Source: Selaginella moellendorffii (taxonomy: Eukaryota > Plantae > Lycopodiophyta). From it: a stretch of DNA of 64,000 nucleotides. This document shows, piece after piece, positions 1 to 12,931 of the stretch. Under the pieces are notes generated by a model. The model had not been told where the DNA came from. It worked only from the letters and a program-made list of their open reading frames with translations, and did not search any database. The stretch's first letter is position 1; the number at the start of each line of letters is the position of its first letter. The stretch covers positions 5,110,360 to 5,174,359 of the forward strand of contig NW_003314261.1 of assembly GCF_000143415.4 (NCBI RefSeq). Direction: 5' to 3'. The position numbers were made by a program, and so were the translations under genes.

Positions 1-45
1 GGCGCGTTTGTTTGCTCTGTTTTGTGGGATTGATCCTGTAATGGC

Positions 46-543
46 ATGGAATTGGAATGCAGGAGAGCTTCGCTCCATCGTCCCGGCGAAGATCTGCACA
101 AGCGCGACGAGCCGTCGCTGCAGGAAGCGATCAATCTTAAGGTAGAAGGAATTGTCCTCCTTTTCTCTTTTAATAAGAACAGCGAAAGTAGCTCGTCGAG
201 AGCGGGGAAAAGGAGAAGCTCAAGGATCTTTTGCGAGAGAGATTGATCGAGTGTGGATGGAAAGACGAATTAAAAGCACAGTGCCGGTAGATTTCCCAGT
301 CCCTTTTCCTCTTGCCCATTCTCTTTCCCTCTTACAGAGCATTCACTCGGAAGAGAGGAAGATCAAACGTAACAATTGACGAGCTTGTCCGGGCTATCAC
401 TCCTAAAGGACGAGGTAACACGTCCGAGTTCTTTGGTTTTGTAAATCATACTCTCCGTTTTTGTTTCAGCTTTGGTTCCAGATGATGTCAAGGCAGAGCT
501 TTTGCAAAGAATCCGAACGTTTCTTCTGTCTGTCCAGTTCTGA
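46..543 (+). CDS. ENY2: Transcription and mRNA export factor ENY2/SUS1 (spliced; true start may lie upstream)
   Basis: Spliced exons read [32 protein letters not shown] / [25 protein letters not shown] / [18 protein letters not shown]; TGA at 541-543. Confidence 0.9.
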
Positions 544-1334
544 TAGTAAGTTTAAGATGCTTCTGTTAAGTTGATCCTGGCAATTAGTTGAATAATGCTG
601 AATCTTAAACATGCCCTTATTTGCTTGTCATGCCCAGCTACGTGGGAAGTTAGTCTATTTATCAAACATGCCAACACTATCGTGGATTGCCATTCTAAAC
701 CTTAGCAAGCTTGTAAGAAGCAAAATTAGGTAATATAAGTGTTCTTGTTCTTTTAGATTTGTGTGTTTCTCCATGCTTAGAGGCCATTTGTAGTAGGGTG
801 GACCACCTCTGAAAAAATGACTAAGATTAAGGGACTAAAGAGGGGGAGGAACATTGCATTCATGTAAATAGACTCTCATGTTTCTTAGTTGGGCATAAGT
901 GGATTGTAAACAATTTTATATATTGTGATATATATTTCTAACAAAGTTAATTGAGTTGTCTAAATTTTGAAGTGTTTTTACATCGTTAAAAGATAGATTG
1001 GTTCCTCATGCTAGCCTTATCCCATTCTAAGAACACATATGTATACTTGTATGTTTATTACTATAGAGAATAAAGACATAAATGAAGACAATAACATATG
1101 GCCTAAGAAATTAAAGACAAATTCAACCAACACAAAAAGGAAAACAGAACTCATAGCAAAAGAACATTGAATAACTCTTAACACACCCAACATCATAAAT
1201 TATGTTGATGCTTATGGAGCATGAATGGTTTAATTATCAACACTATGCTAAAAACATTTGCTATGCATTGCATGTAGCAATGTTTGGTTTGCTTAGTATT
1301 AGTGTTATTCCTACTTATTAATTTAATTAATAAA

Positions 1335-1530
1335 AAAATTATATTATAAATATGTTGATAATTTATAAACACAACAATAATCTTATTGAATATTAAAAGT
1401 TAGATGGTAGAATAAACTAGAATATACTAGGAAGTGTTTAGGAAAGTTTATAAATTATAAATACATGATTAATCCAAATGAATAACAACAATTAGCTGGT
1501 AGAATATTCTACAATATCCAAGAACATTCT
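1335..1530. repeat. AT-rich dispersed repeat, probable TE remnant; second copy near 39950-40140
   Basis: GAAGTGTTTAGGAAAGTTTATAAATTATAAA is identical at 1431-1461 and 40036-40066, with further similarity on both sides. Confidence 0.7.
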
Positions 1531-2722
1531 AGGTATATCCACTACCACCCTACAAGTTTACTTAAGCAAACCAAAAAGATAATCTCAACCAGAAAACAAT
1601 AATACTATAAGAATATTTTTAACATTTCCACTAGATAACAGGATAAAAACTAATCAGCAAACAAATAAGTATTTTTCATACAAGATATAACCTCTAAAAA
1701 AATAATGCCAAATAAGTAGAGTATTAAACTTTCTATATGATGAAATTAGACTAAAAAAGCCACAACATATCAATGACACCACCTAGGAATTCGGTTAAAA
1801 TGACACCAACAACAAGTGAACTGGTCTAGACCTAAACTTCTTTGTAATCACTTAAACAAAAAAGAAATTGATGAAGATAAAAACTAACTAATACTTATCG
1901 TTCATAAGGGCCTGATAATGAGCTTTATTGAATTACCTTTCACTACATTGTTGCCAAAATCCTTTATTTATATAAATCCCTTTGATGATGTCATTTTCTT
2001 GATCTCCCCATATTATCACTGTTTACAATAATCATGATATTCTAGGTCATTACAACCTATAATAGGATTAGGGGCCTTGGAGGAGAAAAAGGAAGAAGAT
2101 GATTATCAAGGGCCCTCATGACCTCTTAATGATCAATATTTGTATTGCCTCGTTTTTTGCCAGTGTCATTTTTCTTAATTAACTTTACCTAGAAGTAGTA
2201 TTATGGACATATGAAAAATCTTGAGCATAGTTAAGTTTTATTTTGATTATTATTCTAGTATTTATTATCTTTCTGCCACATGAGAATGCTGACTTGTCCT
2301 CTAAGTACACCTCTAATACCTTAGGTTGTTCCAATATTTATTAAAGATTGCCCAAGCTACCATTTCAAGAACATGTGTCATTCGATTTGAAGTCACTAAA
2401 TTATCTATTAAATAAATTAAAACAAAGATTGGACTGTATATATTTAAGAATTTATACAAAATTAAATTATGAAATAAAAAATATTTAATGTTGTAGTTTA
2501 ATGGATAATATAATTCCAACCCATTCATATTACCAATTCTTTAATTATGTTATAAATGAGCTTCAAACAAAACAAAAATTCAACCTAAAGCTAAAAGCAC
2601 TACCAGAAGCTAAAAATAATAAAAGTTTTTTCTTTACAGATATATACGATAGGACGATATTAACTATATATTTCTTTATATAAGAACTTTAGTTTTAATT
2701 ATTTCAGAAAAATTTAAATAAA

Positions 2723-3631
2723 ATGTTTAAAATTAAAACTGTAACTGTTTTCATTCTAAGTTATTCATATTTAGTACATATTTACTCAATTAAATATGAA
2801 TGGGGAAGTACTGAAGAAGAATGTTTCTTAAATGAGCAAGATGTTAATACTGTAATTAATGGCTTTTATACACTTGTAAGAAATATTGATCTTGATGAAG
2901 TTTATCCAATAACATATGAAGATGTATGTAGAGTTGAAACTTCTAGAGGAATTGTTTGTGTTAGAATTAAAAGATTTGAAAAATCAAAGCGTAATAATAT
3001 TTGTAAAATAGGAAAAACCACTTATACTAAATTTATGATTGGAAGAAGTTTAAGAATGTCATTCAATTCATTAATTACAGATAATCAAGGCCATTTGATT
3101 CTTAAAGGTGCAAACTCAGCAAAAATAACTTCAAGAAACTATCAAATACATTATGCTATGGCATTAGGTCCATCAAGACCCCCAATTTTATTATATAATT
3201 TTAAAACAAAATCACTATATGATTGTGATATTTCTCAAACTACTCTTGAAAGTGGAGATTTAAGAAGTCAATTTCTATATAGAGGAAATTTTTTAGTATC
3301 TCCAAATTCAAAACATATATTAATACTAGAATCTAGATGTAATTTAGTTATTTACTCTAAAAGGAATAAGATATGGGAAACTCCAATGGTTAAAAATATT
3401 GTGAATTGTTATGCTAAACTTCAAAACGATGGTAACTTTGTAATATATTCATATTCAAATAATGTTATATGGGCTAACAATATTTATTGTAAAAATCAAC
3501 CAAGTTGTGTTACTTTTACATTTTATACCTTGCAGGATGATTGTAATTTTGTAGCTTATAGAATGAAGTTTCCAAATGATGTTTGGTGGCAATCTGGCAC
3601 TTCAAATCATGCACTATGTGATAATAGTTAA
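2723..3631 (+). CDS. Secreted protein with C-terminal bulb-type (GNA-like) mannose-binding lectin domain; intronless, very AT-rich
   Basis: 302-aa ORF with hydrophobic N-terminus. QxDxNxVxY motifs LQNDGNFVIY and LQDDCNFVAY plus degenerate ESRCNLVIY, each followed by IW/WW. Confidence 0.8.
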   Translation: MFKIKTVTVFILSYSYLVHIYSIKYEWGSTEEECFLNEQDVNTVINGFYTLVRNIDLDEVYPITYEDVCRVETSRGIVCVRIKRFEKSKRNNICKIGKTTYTKFMIGRSLRMSFNSLITDNQGHLILKGANSAKITSRNYQIHYAMALGPSRPPILLYNFKTKSLYDCDISQTTLESGDLRSQFLYRGNFLVSPNSKHILILESRCNLVIYSKRNKIWETPMVKNIVNCYAKLQNDGNFVIYSYSNNVIWANNIYCKNQPSCVTFTFYTLQDDCNFVAYRMKFPNDVWWQSGTSNHALCDNS

Positions 3632-4673
3632 AAAGATATGCATTGAGTGAATAGTTTTAATTTAAAAATAAATGACTGAGCTCAGATTTGCAAAACACTT
3701 AAAATCAAGCTTTAGGACATCCATAATGACACAAGCAATACAATTCTAAGCTATCTCGCCGGTATTGCCAAAGTTTTCTTCAAACGTTACAATCACCAGA
3801 GTCATCACTCCAAGCACGCGGAATTTGAGTAGCGTAGCGTAGTGAAATTCCCTTTACCCTCGTATTTAGTGTTGGCACAGCTTTTCATTCTCCTATCTGC
3901 CGTGGCAGGAGAAATCCTCAAAACCAAGCCAGTGGCATTGTTCTCCTTAGCCCGTGAAACTCGTGGCCTTTTGTCTTGTTGTAGTCCCGGACCGAGCCAA
4001 GACCAAAAGCTGCCACGCTGTTTGATCCAAAGACTCCTGTCTTTGGTATAAGCTCCAACGCAATGTGAGCAGTGGCCTTAGATGCATGAACCTCGTAAAT
4101 TATTATAATCCATCCCCGATTCGTTGTTTGTATCTTCAGTCAAGGAAAATGATTTCACAGGCAAGTTGCTTGTAGCTCGACTTCGATGCACTGGCCTAGT
4201 TTTCTGCAAGACAATAATAACGTTTCTTTTTCCTGCGAGAGATTTCATAGAATCACATACCTCTTATTGATCATACACTGAATGACATGAAGCAAAAATC
4301 TGTAGTTTCGAGAGTGGATAGTTTTTTTTTTCAGTGGCTTCTCCATCCACCACCAGCTGAGCACACGCCTATAGAGAAAACAACCCACAAATTAGCGCTT
4401 AGTGCGAGACCGAATCTGTCCAGACCTCGTCACTTTAGGAGATGCCATCCGTCGGTACGTGGCGCGTCGGGCATTGCCATGTCAGACCATGTGCCCAGTG
4501 ACCTGGCGACGCGTCACTGCTGCGTGGCAGCAGCCTTCTTAAGCGGCAGAGTCCCCCACTCCTTATCCCACACATAGCACGAAGCTCTAGTTCTCGTTCT
4601 CACGCTCTTCCCGTTCGTTACGCTACGTTTCTGCCTTCTTTGTTGGTTTTGCGTTCGTTCGTGTCGCTTCTAG

Positions 4674-4677
<4 letters not shown>

Positions 4678-4707
<30 letters not shown>
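4678..4707 (+). repeat. (GA)n microsatellite in the 5' region of the glyoxalase gene
   Basis: Pure GA dinucleotide run. Confidence 0.9.
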
Positions 4708-4711
<4 letters not shown>

Positions 4712-4755
4712 AGCATATCGCACTACAAGAGAGAAGGCAAATTGTAACGAAGAAA

Positions 4756-5455
4756 ATGGCTTACAAAAAGTGGCAGTCGACTCCGCTGCCGCTCGCGTCG
4801 CTTAATCACATATCTCGAAACTGCAGCAATGTCCAGGAGGCGATGGATTTCTATGTCAACGTGCTGGGCTTCATCCCCGTCAAGCGCCCTGGAGCATTGA
4901 ATTTCGAAGGAGCATGGTGAGCAGAAAGAGCAGAGAATAGAATTGGAAATATGGTGCTCACCGCTTTGCTTCTTTTTTTTTTTTTTGTCTTTTGCTGTTT
5001 CCTCTTTGATCTTCGGCTTCGACTCAAGGCTGTATAATTACGGCATCGGAATTCATCTTCTGCAGAGAGAGCCCGGCATCACTTACACCACCAACAAGTC
5101 GGACCAGATCAACACCCGAGCTGATCACATCTCCTTCCAGGTGAGAGCCGCAAAAAGAAGTTTTGAGTTTGTGCGATAAAAACGAAAATTCCTGCTCTCG
5201 CAGTGCGAGGATATCGATCTGGTGGAGAAGAAACTGGTAGAAGCCGGATCCGCATTTGTGAGAAGAGTCGTCGAGGAAGCTGGCATCGAAGTGGAGCAGA
5301 TATTCTTTCACGACCCGGATGGCTTCATGATCGAAGTGTGCACTTGCGAGAAGCTGCCGCTGGAGCCTCTAATAGGAGGAAACATGACCAACATCCGCAG
5401 CTGCCTTATGCCGTACATGAGAACCTCGGCCATTACCACCATTGAAAAGTTCTAG
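4756..5455 (+). CDS. Glyoxalase/bleomycin-resistance (VOC fold), lactoylglutathione lyase-like protein, 3 exons
   Basis: SLNHISRNC..FYVNVLGF..GAW / LYNYGIGIHLLQ..DHISFQ / QIFFHDPDGFMIEVCTC. Confidence 0.9.
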
Positions 5456-5777
5456 CTCGGAAGATTCTGCCGGTGAAGCGGGCTCCTCTCTGAGGTCCAA
5501 AAAATGAACAGTTCAGTTGAAATAGAAATCGTTGCTTAGCTCGGAAATCAGATAGGAATGGGCTACCGGACACGCAGTCGGCGCACTGCAGACGAATCTT
5601 GTACGAAAGAGACGTATAAAAAATGTATTGAAAGGAACGAAATACCTCTAGACGATCTCGCTTGTCAGGATAAACACGAGGTTGTAAAAGTGGGAAAAAA
5701 ATATCTTCTAGGCACCGGTGCGCACAACTACCAGCTTTTTACCTTGTATAAAGCCACTTTGGCAAAAGAAACGTGCG

Positions 5778-8583
5778 CTAGGCCATGTCAGGGACACCTA
5801 AATCCGAGTCCCCCTCACCTTCCCAATCCAGGGACATTGAGTTCGTTGCGTGCAAAAGGTCAGTCAGGCCAGCAACATCCTCCAGATAATTTGGGGAATT
5901 CAAGGCCTCTAGGATAAAAGCGAAGCCTCTTGCTTTGAACTCCGAGACGATCTAAATACCATGGTGTCAGAGAAAGAGAAAAAGAGAAACGGTGGTGCTA
6001 CCTTTGGTGAGCAAGCAGTGCAGCCATCGAAAGCAATCCCGGAAACGACGAGTTGTGCGTAGTGTGCGAGAAAGCCTCTAATCTGGTGGGGCAGTATTCC
6101 CATGGGCTGCTCGATGCTCGTCGTCACAGAAACCGCTTGATCAGCGGGAGCAGCTGGCCTGTAATATAGTAGAGTCAGCAATTAAATACAATGCTGAAAA
6201 CAGCTCACCCAAGTGGATGGTGCATTACAACCACCGCCATCTCTACAGCTAGCCCACCGGCAATAGGAGCTAGCGCAGGACGACTCACTGTGCATTGCTG
6301 ATCGAGCGTTCGGTTGACAGTCGACTAAAAGAAACCAAGGAATCAAAGGCAGAGACAAAATAGCAGTTTCGAGGCACAAACTTACATCAGTAGGTGCTAC
6401 GACATCAGTGCAGAAATAGCATCCAAGTCGCGGGTCTTGCGTGGAATTGAAAGGTCCCTCTCCATGCCGCATGACGACGAAGGAGTCGAAGCCAAGTGCA
6501 GCATTTATAACTATCTGCCATGGTGGCGGTTAGGATCATAATCGAGAATGAGGTAAACAAAGATACCTTAGATTGCTCAGCCGCTGCACACAAAATAGTT
6601 GGAAGCCAGCGACTTTCCCTTGTATCGGTTAAAAGGAAAATAACGTCATGTTCCTCTATCAAGCTTTGCAGCTTAGTGAAGTTATCAAAGGTTTCTTCAA
6701 CCTGATTCCCGCTCACGCTATGTCCAGCCATTGGTATTGATATTTGATGCCCTTGCGCCCTCTGCAAAAGCAAAAGGATCAAAATATTTACACCAAGTAA
6801 ACAACAGAGATATTGCAGTACCACATCGACACATTTCGTCCTTAGAGCTTCTTGAGCAGCTTCAACTTTTGAACGGCCACAATCTTTGATCTGGTATAAA
6901 GGTTGCCGCAATGGATTCGAGTATCCAACTTTGCCATAGTCTACAAAAGTTATGTCGCGAATACCCCACGCCTGGTGACATAAGAGTTACTGAAGACGTA
7001 CGATGAATTACAGAGGAGACTTACCAGAAGCCTCAAAGCAACTTCACACCCAAGTGTACCAGCACCAAGAAGCAAACATTTCGTCTTGGACAGTAGCAAG
7101 AGATTTAAGGACGGAAGACTGCGCCATTTCATAAGCTTAAGATTCAAGTCAGCCGCTGACTTCGCGAGCCTGTAAATTACAAAACTATAAGAAAGCCATG
7201 GTAAAATAGTACGTACATATCAGGATTCATTAAGGAAGAAAGATCGACTGATCGCGCAGAAGGTTCCCATCCAGCTGCTTTAGGCACGGCGTTCGTATTT
7301 TCTGGAAGGACTCTAGTTAGTAGCTTACCTTGTCTAGGAAAGCAAGAAAAAAACATACCACCGAATTCTTCAAAGGTAGCTGACGTGACAAAACAATGTC
7401 TTAAGTCAGTTCGTCCTTGTAGCTCACGCCAACACAAGATATCCACATTCTTTAAGCCCCACCGGACAGCGGCTAGAACAAGCAAATTCCTGACAGGCCA
7501 TCCGGGATTCGTTGGCAAATGTGAAGGATCATAAAAGCCCAGTAGAATCTGAAAACCTCCACGTCTGAGAAAAGGAGCACGCTCATAAAAAACTAGAAAA
7601 AAAAAAAATACCTTTCCACTTCCTTGGCATTTTTCCCAGTCACTCAAAGGCCTAACCGTGACACCATCACATGAAAGGTGCAGGAGAAAAAACGAAAGAC
7701 CTGTTGTACAATTTTTCTTTTCAGAAAACCAAAACAATCCCAGAAGCTTACATGTTGTCAATGGAGACGTTCTCCAGGCCGTACAAGCTGAAACAACTCG
7801 CAAGGACTGTGCAAACTGACCACATTACTACAGGAACAGCAAAGACATGAAAAACAAGTTACCTCTTCAGCAGTAAAATAATCCGAGGCCGGCTGGAACA
7901 TGGTGTGCTTCACAGCTTGAGTAAACTGTAATGCCGGGAAAGAAAACCAATACTTGAATCGCCATTCCTTCAAATCGGCATAGCAGATGACGAAGAACCG
8001 ATTTAGAAGGTTGGAGTCTTCCTCTGCCCGACCCGAGCAGATATCGTCCCACACCTTTAAGCAAAGAAGAAAATTTAGTGAGAGCTTAGCAAGCAATCAA
8101 AGCAAAATACCTTTGCAGTCTCCTCGTTCATCAAAGCATCCCTGTCTATGGAATTAAACTCATCACTCGTATTGGTATTGTATAGTGTTCCTGGCGCAGG
8201 GCATCGATTTCGATCGCTCGCAGGACTCTCCGTGCCGAGCTCCAGCGACAGAGACTCGTAGGTCAGCTGCAATGGCTTAGAAATCCTGGGATGGCTACAC
8301 GGAGCGAAGAATCCTACATTGCCGCAGCTTCAGCACACAGAAATTCCTAGATATTACGGGGATTACCTTGGATCTGGAGCGGCCGCCGGTCGAGACGAAG
8401 AACATCGAGCTTGAGATTCGCAAGACCATGCCAGAAATCAGCCGTGACGGAGCTCTGCCACGGCACGAACTTGAGGATGCGCGATTGCGTAGGCGCCGTC
8501 GCCGAACCCGATCCCGATCCAGCAGTGGCAGTGGAGGCGGAGGAGGAGGAGGGCGAGGAGGAAGGCGCTCCCGGTGGCGCCAT
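5778..8583 (-). CDS. ATG7: Autophagy E1-like activating enzyme ATG7 (multi-exon)
   Basis: [83 protein letters not shown]. Confidence 0.95.
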
Positions 8584-8643
8584 CTTTGAAATAGGGCTAA
8601 ATAGGGCACCACTGGGTTTTGCTAGGGCTTTGCTTCGTCCTAG

Positions 8644-10764
8644 ATGGACCTTGCGCTTCCAATACACTCTATCCAGCGTCTTCTTCCTCCAAGGTATGAC
8701 TCTAATTCTATCTTCTTGCTCACTACATCGTCCTTGATTTCTAGCTTGATAGATTTATGAGCTTACCCGCATTCTCTCTTTCAGATTTTTTCTTTGAGTT
8801 TTGAGCTCTTTCGTGTTTTAGATTTCTCTTCAATATTTGTGTAGGCTTGCTTCTTCCTATTGATTGATTTCTCTCCCTCTTCAGGTTTCTTCTACATTCT
8901 TTCTTGGTTTTTTGGAGTCCTAATTTGTTCCTTTCGTTTGCAGGAGTACTTTTAATTTTTCTAAGCTCTTACAGAGGTAACTGGTGCTCTTGAGAAGTAT
9001 ACTTCTAAGGTTCTTTTACAGGCCTGTTGTTAGTTTTTCCAAGGCATCTGATAGTCGGTACGTGAGAATGTAGTAACAAGTTTTTCAGCTATAGCTTTGG
9101 TTGATCTGATGAGGTTTTTTAATTCGTAGAGTTTTGCGAAATTCAGTATCGACGTCGGCTGCTGCTCAGGACGATCTTGCTGATGATTTGCTTGGAGAGT
9201 GGGATCCCAGCTACAATGAGAATCAGCCTTGGGACTACAAATCGTACCAAGCTTTGCTTCACGGAGGGGAAGAAGTCGTAAGCATTTTGGAGTCCATGAT
9301 AGAAGTGGTACGAGTTTTGCCATTGTTTTCTTTTGATTTTTTCAAGTTTGTTCTTTCCAGTTGGACGATGTTACTAGCCTGGACAAAGAATCCGAGGACA
9401 CGGCCATTCAGATGGCAGCACTGGCGTGCATCGGCCAAAGACTGGAGCATCTCGATGGCAGCTTCATGATGGCGTTGGACTTGATGATCGCTCAAGCCAG
9501 CAAAGACAAAGATGACAAGGTTGCTGCGTTAAGCTTCTCTTCCTCCTTTGCAGTTTTCATCAGGTGATTGATCGATTGATTGAGACTGACTGACTGATTG
9601 ACATCACCTTGTCGTGCTCCATCGAAAAGCCGAAGTTTTATGTTTTGTGACGATTGATGCTGACTATATGCTTTTCTTCTTCCAGAAAAAACAGCTTTTG
9701 GATGTCATCAAAGAGACGACGTTGGCTCAACTCACAGAAAAGGCATCGCCGGTGGTACGCTATCAGATCTTCTTTTTAGCTCCGACTCTAAGTTGGCTTT
9801 TCAGCTACAAATCGTGAGCATGCTTAGCCACACTCCCGACAAAGAGCATCGACGTCAAATCTTACGTTCTGCTGCTGGCGGTGGAGGCATTCACTCTGCT
9901 TCCGGTGGAGGCACGGTGACCGTCCCTGAAGGAAATCTTCTCCACATTGCCAATCAAGCCAACGACCTCATCAACGTGTCTCTCTCACCCAGCCTGTCTT
10001 TCACCTTTGCAGCTAAACGTGATCTCTTTCTTCTACAGGACATGGAGGAGAAACCGAAAGTGAATGACCGAAAGCTACTGGCAAAGCTCATTCTCATCAG
10101 AGAAGAAGCACACGATATGCTCGGCGGAGGTATTCTCGACGAGCGAAACAAGCCGGGACTTAAAAGCTTGCCCGCACCCGAGGTAGTGGATTACTTTCGT
10201 TTTCCTTTCCTAAGAAACGTTCATGGTCCCAGGTAAACTTCATCTCGAAGTTAGTCGCAGTAAGACCAGGGCCTCTTCTACGCGAGAAGCTCGAGAATGT
10301 AATGCGGGGGAGGGACGAAGGCGCGGACGTTGAAATGGAGGAGTCACAAGAAGGCGATGAGGTAGAACTTTTGGTGCTCTTTCTTTCATCGCTTTTCTAA
10401 ACCCGTGGGACTCCAGAAAAACGTTAAAGTGAAGAAAATGAAGATGGTGCTTCCCGTCCGGCCTGGAATGTTTCTCGAGACTGTGACAAAGGTATTTAGT
10501 GTTTCCTCTGATCTTTTATCCATCTCTATTTCACAGTTGCTCGGTGGCATGTATAATAACAAAACCGCTGCTGGAATCACAGTCCAGCACCTCGACTGGG
10601 TGAGTAAATTCTTACGGTTGTCTATCTTTCGAGTGACAATCCCAATCCAACAGACTTACAGGACGACTCTCGAAATCCTCCAAGAAATCGCCCACGGGAA
10701 GCACAGCGTCAAAAACGAAACAAACGCTGACAATACAAAGGACTTCAAAACCTCTAGTTCGTAA
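8644..10764 (+). CDS. PRDA1: Plastid nucleoid protein PEP-RELATED DEVELOPMENT ARRESTED 1-like; first exon 8644-8693 tentative
   Basis: YQALLHGGEEVVSILESMI, FMMALDLMI, IANQANDL, DRKLLAKLILIREEAHDMLGGGILDERN, LPVRPGMFLETVTK, GITVQHLDW match PRDA1 from recall. Confidence 0.85.
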
Positions 10765-10907
10765 GCATGTTTCCATAAACATATTTTTAATGAAACTCTG
10801 TACATTACTTCTTATACCTGAGATGCGAAGCCCAAGTTTTGTTCTTGCTGCATCTTCCAAAAACTTAATAGATTATCTCGCTGCTCTACTAGAAGAAAAT
10901 GGAGCTG

Positions 10908-12557
10908 CTAACCTCTTGGAGGATTTACCGGCCTGTCTACCACGATAGTGAGCTCCGAGCTATGGCTTCTCCCTTGAAGAGAAGAGCCTTGAGAGTCTCC
11001 GCTGCTTTGGCTTTGAGCCGGGTCGTCACTGGCACCGGGAGGAGCGGTGCTCAACATGTCGTGAAGCCTGACCATGACACGGCGAACTTCTTGCTCGGCT
11101 TGCTGGTTGAGAACCACCATAAGATCAGCCTCTGGGAAAACCGAGCACCGGCACTGCGGGCATTTTACGTTGAGGCGTAGCCACTCATCGATGCAATCCA
11201 CATGAAAGTTGTGCGCACAAGGAAGTCCTCGCACCTGGATGATGCTTATTCACAAAAGGAGTGACGACAAAAGCCGAAGTACCTCAGTTCCAACAGTGAA
11301 GTCCTCTAAGCATATGGAACACGACGAGCACTCGGTAGGGACACGCTTGAGCTGGAACTTTGGGAGCTGCTGGATCAAGCTCTCCACTGCTTCTCTCTAC
11401 AGCACGAGATTAACACCTAAAGGCATTCCAGTGAATAAGAACACTCACCTGCGCGGGAGTGAGCGTTAGACCGGGAAAGGCAATGGTGTCATGAGCAGTT
11501 CGTTGCTCTTGCACGGGAATGGAGGAACGTAGAGTCCAATCTGGAACCCTGATCAGCTCCGCCAGCACCTGCATGTCCAACTAACGTAAAAGACGAACAG
11601 AGAAAGAATGCGAAGTACCTCCAATTCCGAGATGGCAGATCCTTGAGGAACAAGTTGCAAATGAGACTGCCGTCGCATCAACCACTGAAGGAAATAAAGA
11701 GTTTCTTGCACTCTTTGAATCAGAAAGCAAACTAGTAGTTTACCTTGCTGGCGGACATGCATGCGATTGAAATCAGGCCGCAATAGCTGAAAAGTAACCA
11801 GATAAGGAATCCCCATTTCTGCCCTTCTTCTGGAAGCTAAAACAAACAAGAAAGAGGTGTTCTTCAACTCGAAACATATGAAACAGCAATGCCAAACACT
11901 TACGCATTGCCTTGCATTTGTAAACCACAAGCTCCCGATGACAGTCCACGCCCAGAGAAACGGATACATGAAAAACGCAAGGCAGGACAACACCAAAACT
12001 CTGGCCTGGAAGAGCAACAGCCGCTGCTGAGGGCTTGCATCACTGCGCACAGACACACACACACACACACAGAAAGCCTATCAGAAAGATAAAAAAAAGA
12101 TTCGGTGTTCCACAGTGAAAGCACTTACGGGCCCATCTTTGACGCTATGCCGTTGTCCACAAACATGAGAATCCGGAACACAAAAACAGTAGCATAGTCC
12201 ACCTAGAGCGAAAAAAAGCAAAGAGATCCATGAGGAAAAGCTACAAGCTCGCTAGCTAGTCTTGCAAAGCTTACCACGATCCAGATGTGAAGAGGATACA
12301 TGCACGCGTGATACCTATCCCAGTTGATAGACACTACGATCCTGTGGAGATCAATCATCTATTGTCAAGGAATCCATCCACAAGAGAAGAGGAAAACACA
12401 AAATCGAGCTAAAAGCCGATAAGGATACACGCTGGTGGCGAGCATTGACAAGAAAAATCCATCGAACCTGCGAGAAATAGTTCTCTCTGCGGTGAGCGAA
12501 TGCGCGAGAAAGAGGAAGCAGCACTTACCACTTGAAATCCACGCCGCGAGCGCCCAT
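10908..12557 (-). CDS. SIS3: Transmembrane RING-H2 E3 ubiquitin ligase SIS3-like
   Basis: [10 protein letters not shown] / [21 protein letters not shown] / [15 protein letters not shown] / [35 protein letters not shown]. Confidence 0.9.
12342..12428 (-). other. U12-type (minor spliceosome) GT-AG intron in SIS3
   Basis: Donor GTATCCTT, branch site TTCCTTGAC and CAG acceptor; splicing restores ATSVIVVSINW. Confidence 0.75.
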
Positions 12558-12931
12558 CGCCCCTTGGAGCCGAGGTCCCGGGAGGCGCTCCAGATCGGGG
12601 AATGCAAGCCCCTTGGTTTACCCTATGGCTTGGATTTCCTGCGCGCCGCGAGATTCTCGCATCGGTGCCGCGAGCAGCGCGCGCGATCTCGGGGCTGGAC
12701 GGAGATTTGCGATGCAAGCACACCACATTCACCGACAGCTCCCGGGCATCTCTCCACGGAAGCAAAAGAAAAGCATGGATGGATGGAGCAAAGCCTAAAC
12801 CCGGGATTAGGCCTACCCAACCCAGCTTACTTAAGAGCCACTGGATATACCGACGCCGATGCTTTAGAATATGCCAATACAAAAAGAGGATCTTCTTCTA
12901 ATGGGGAGTTTTCTCGAGAAACTTTCGAGCT

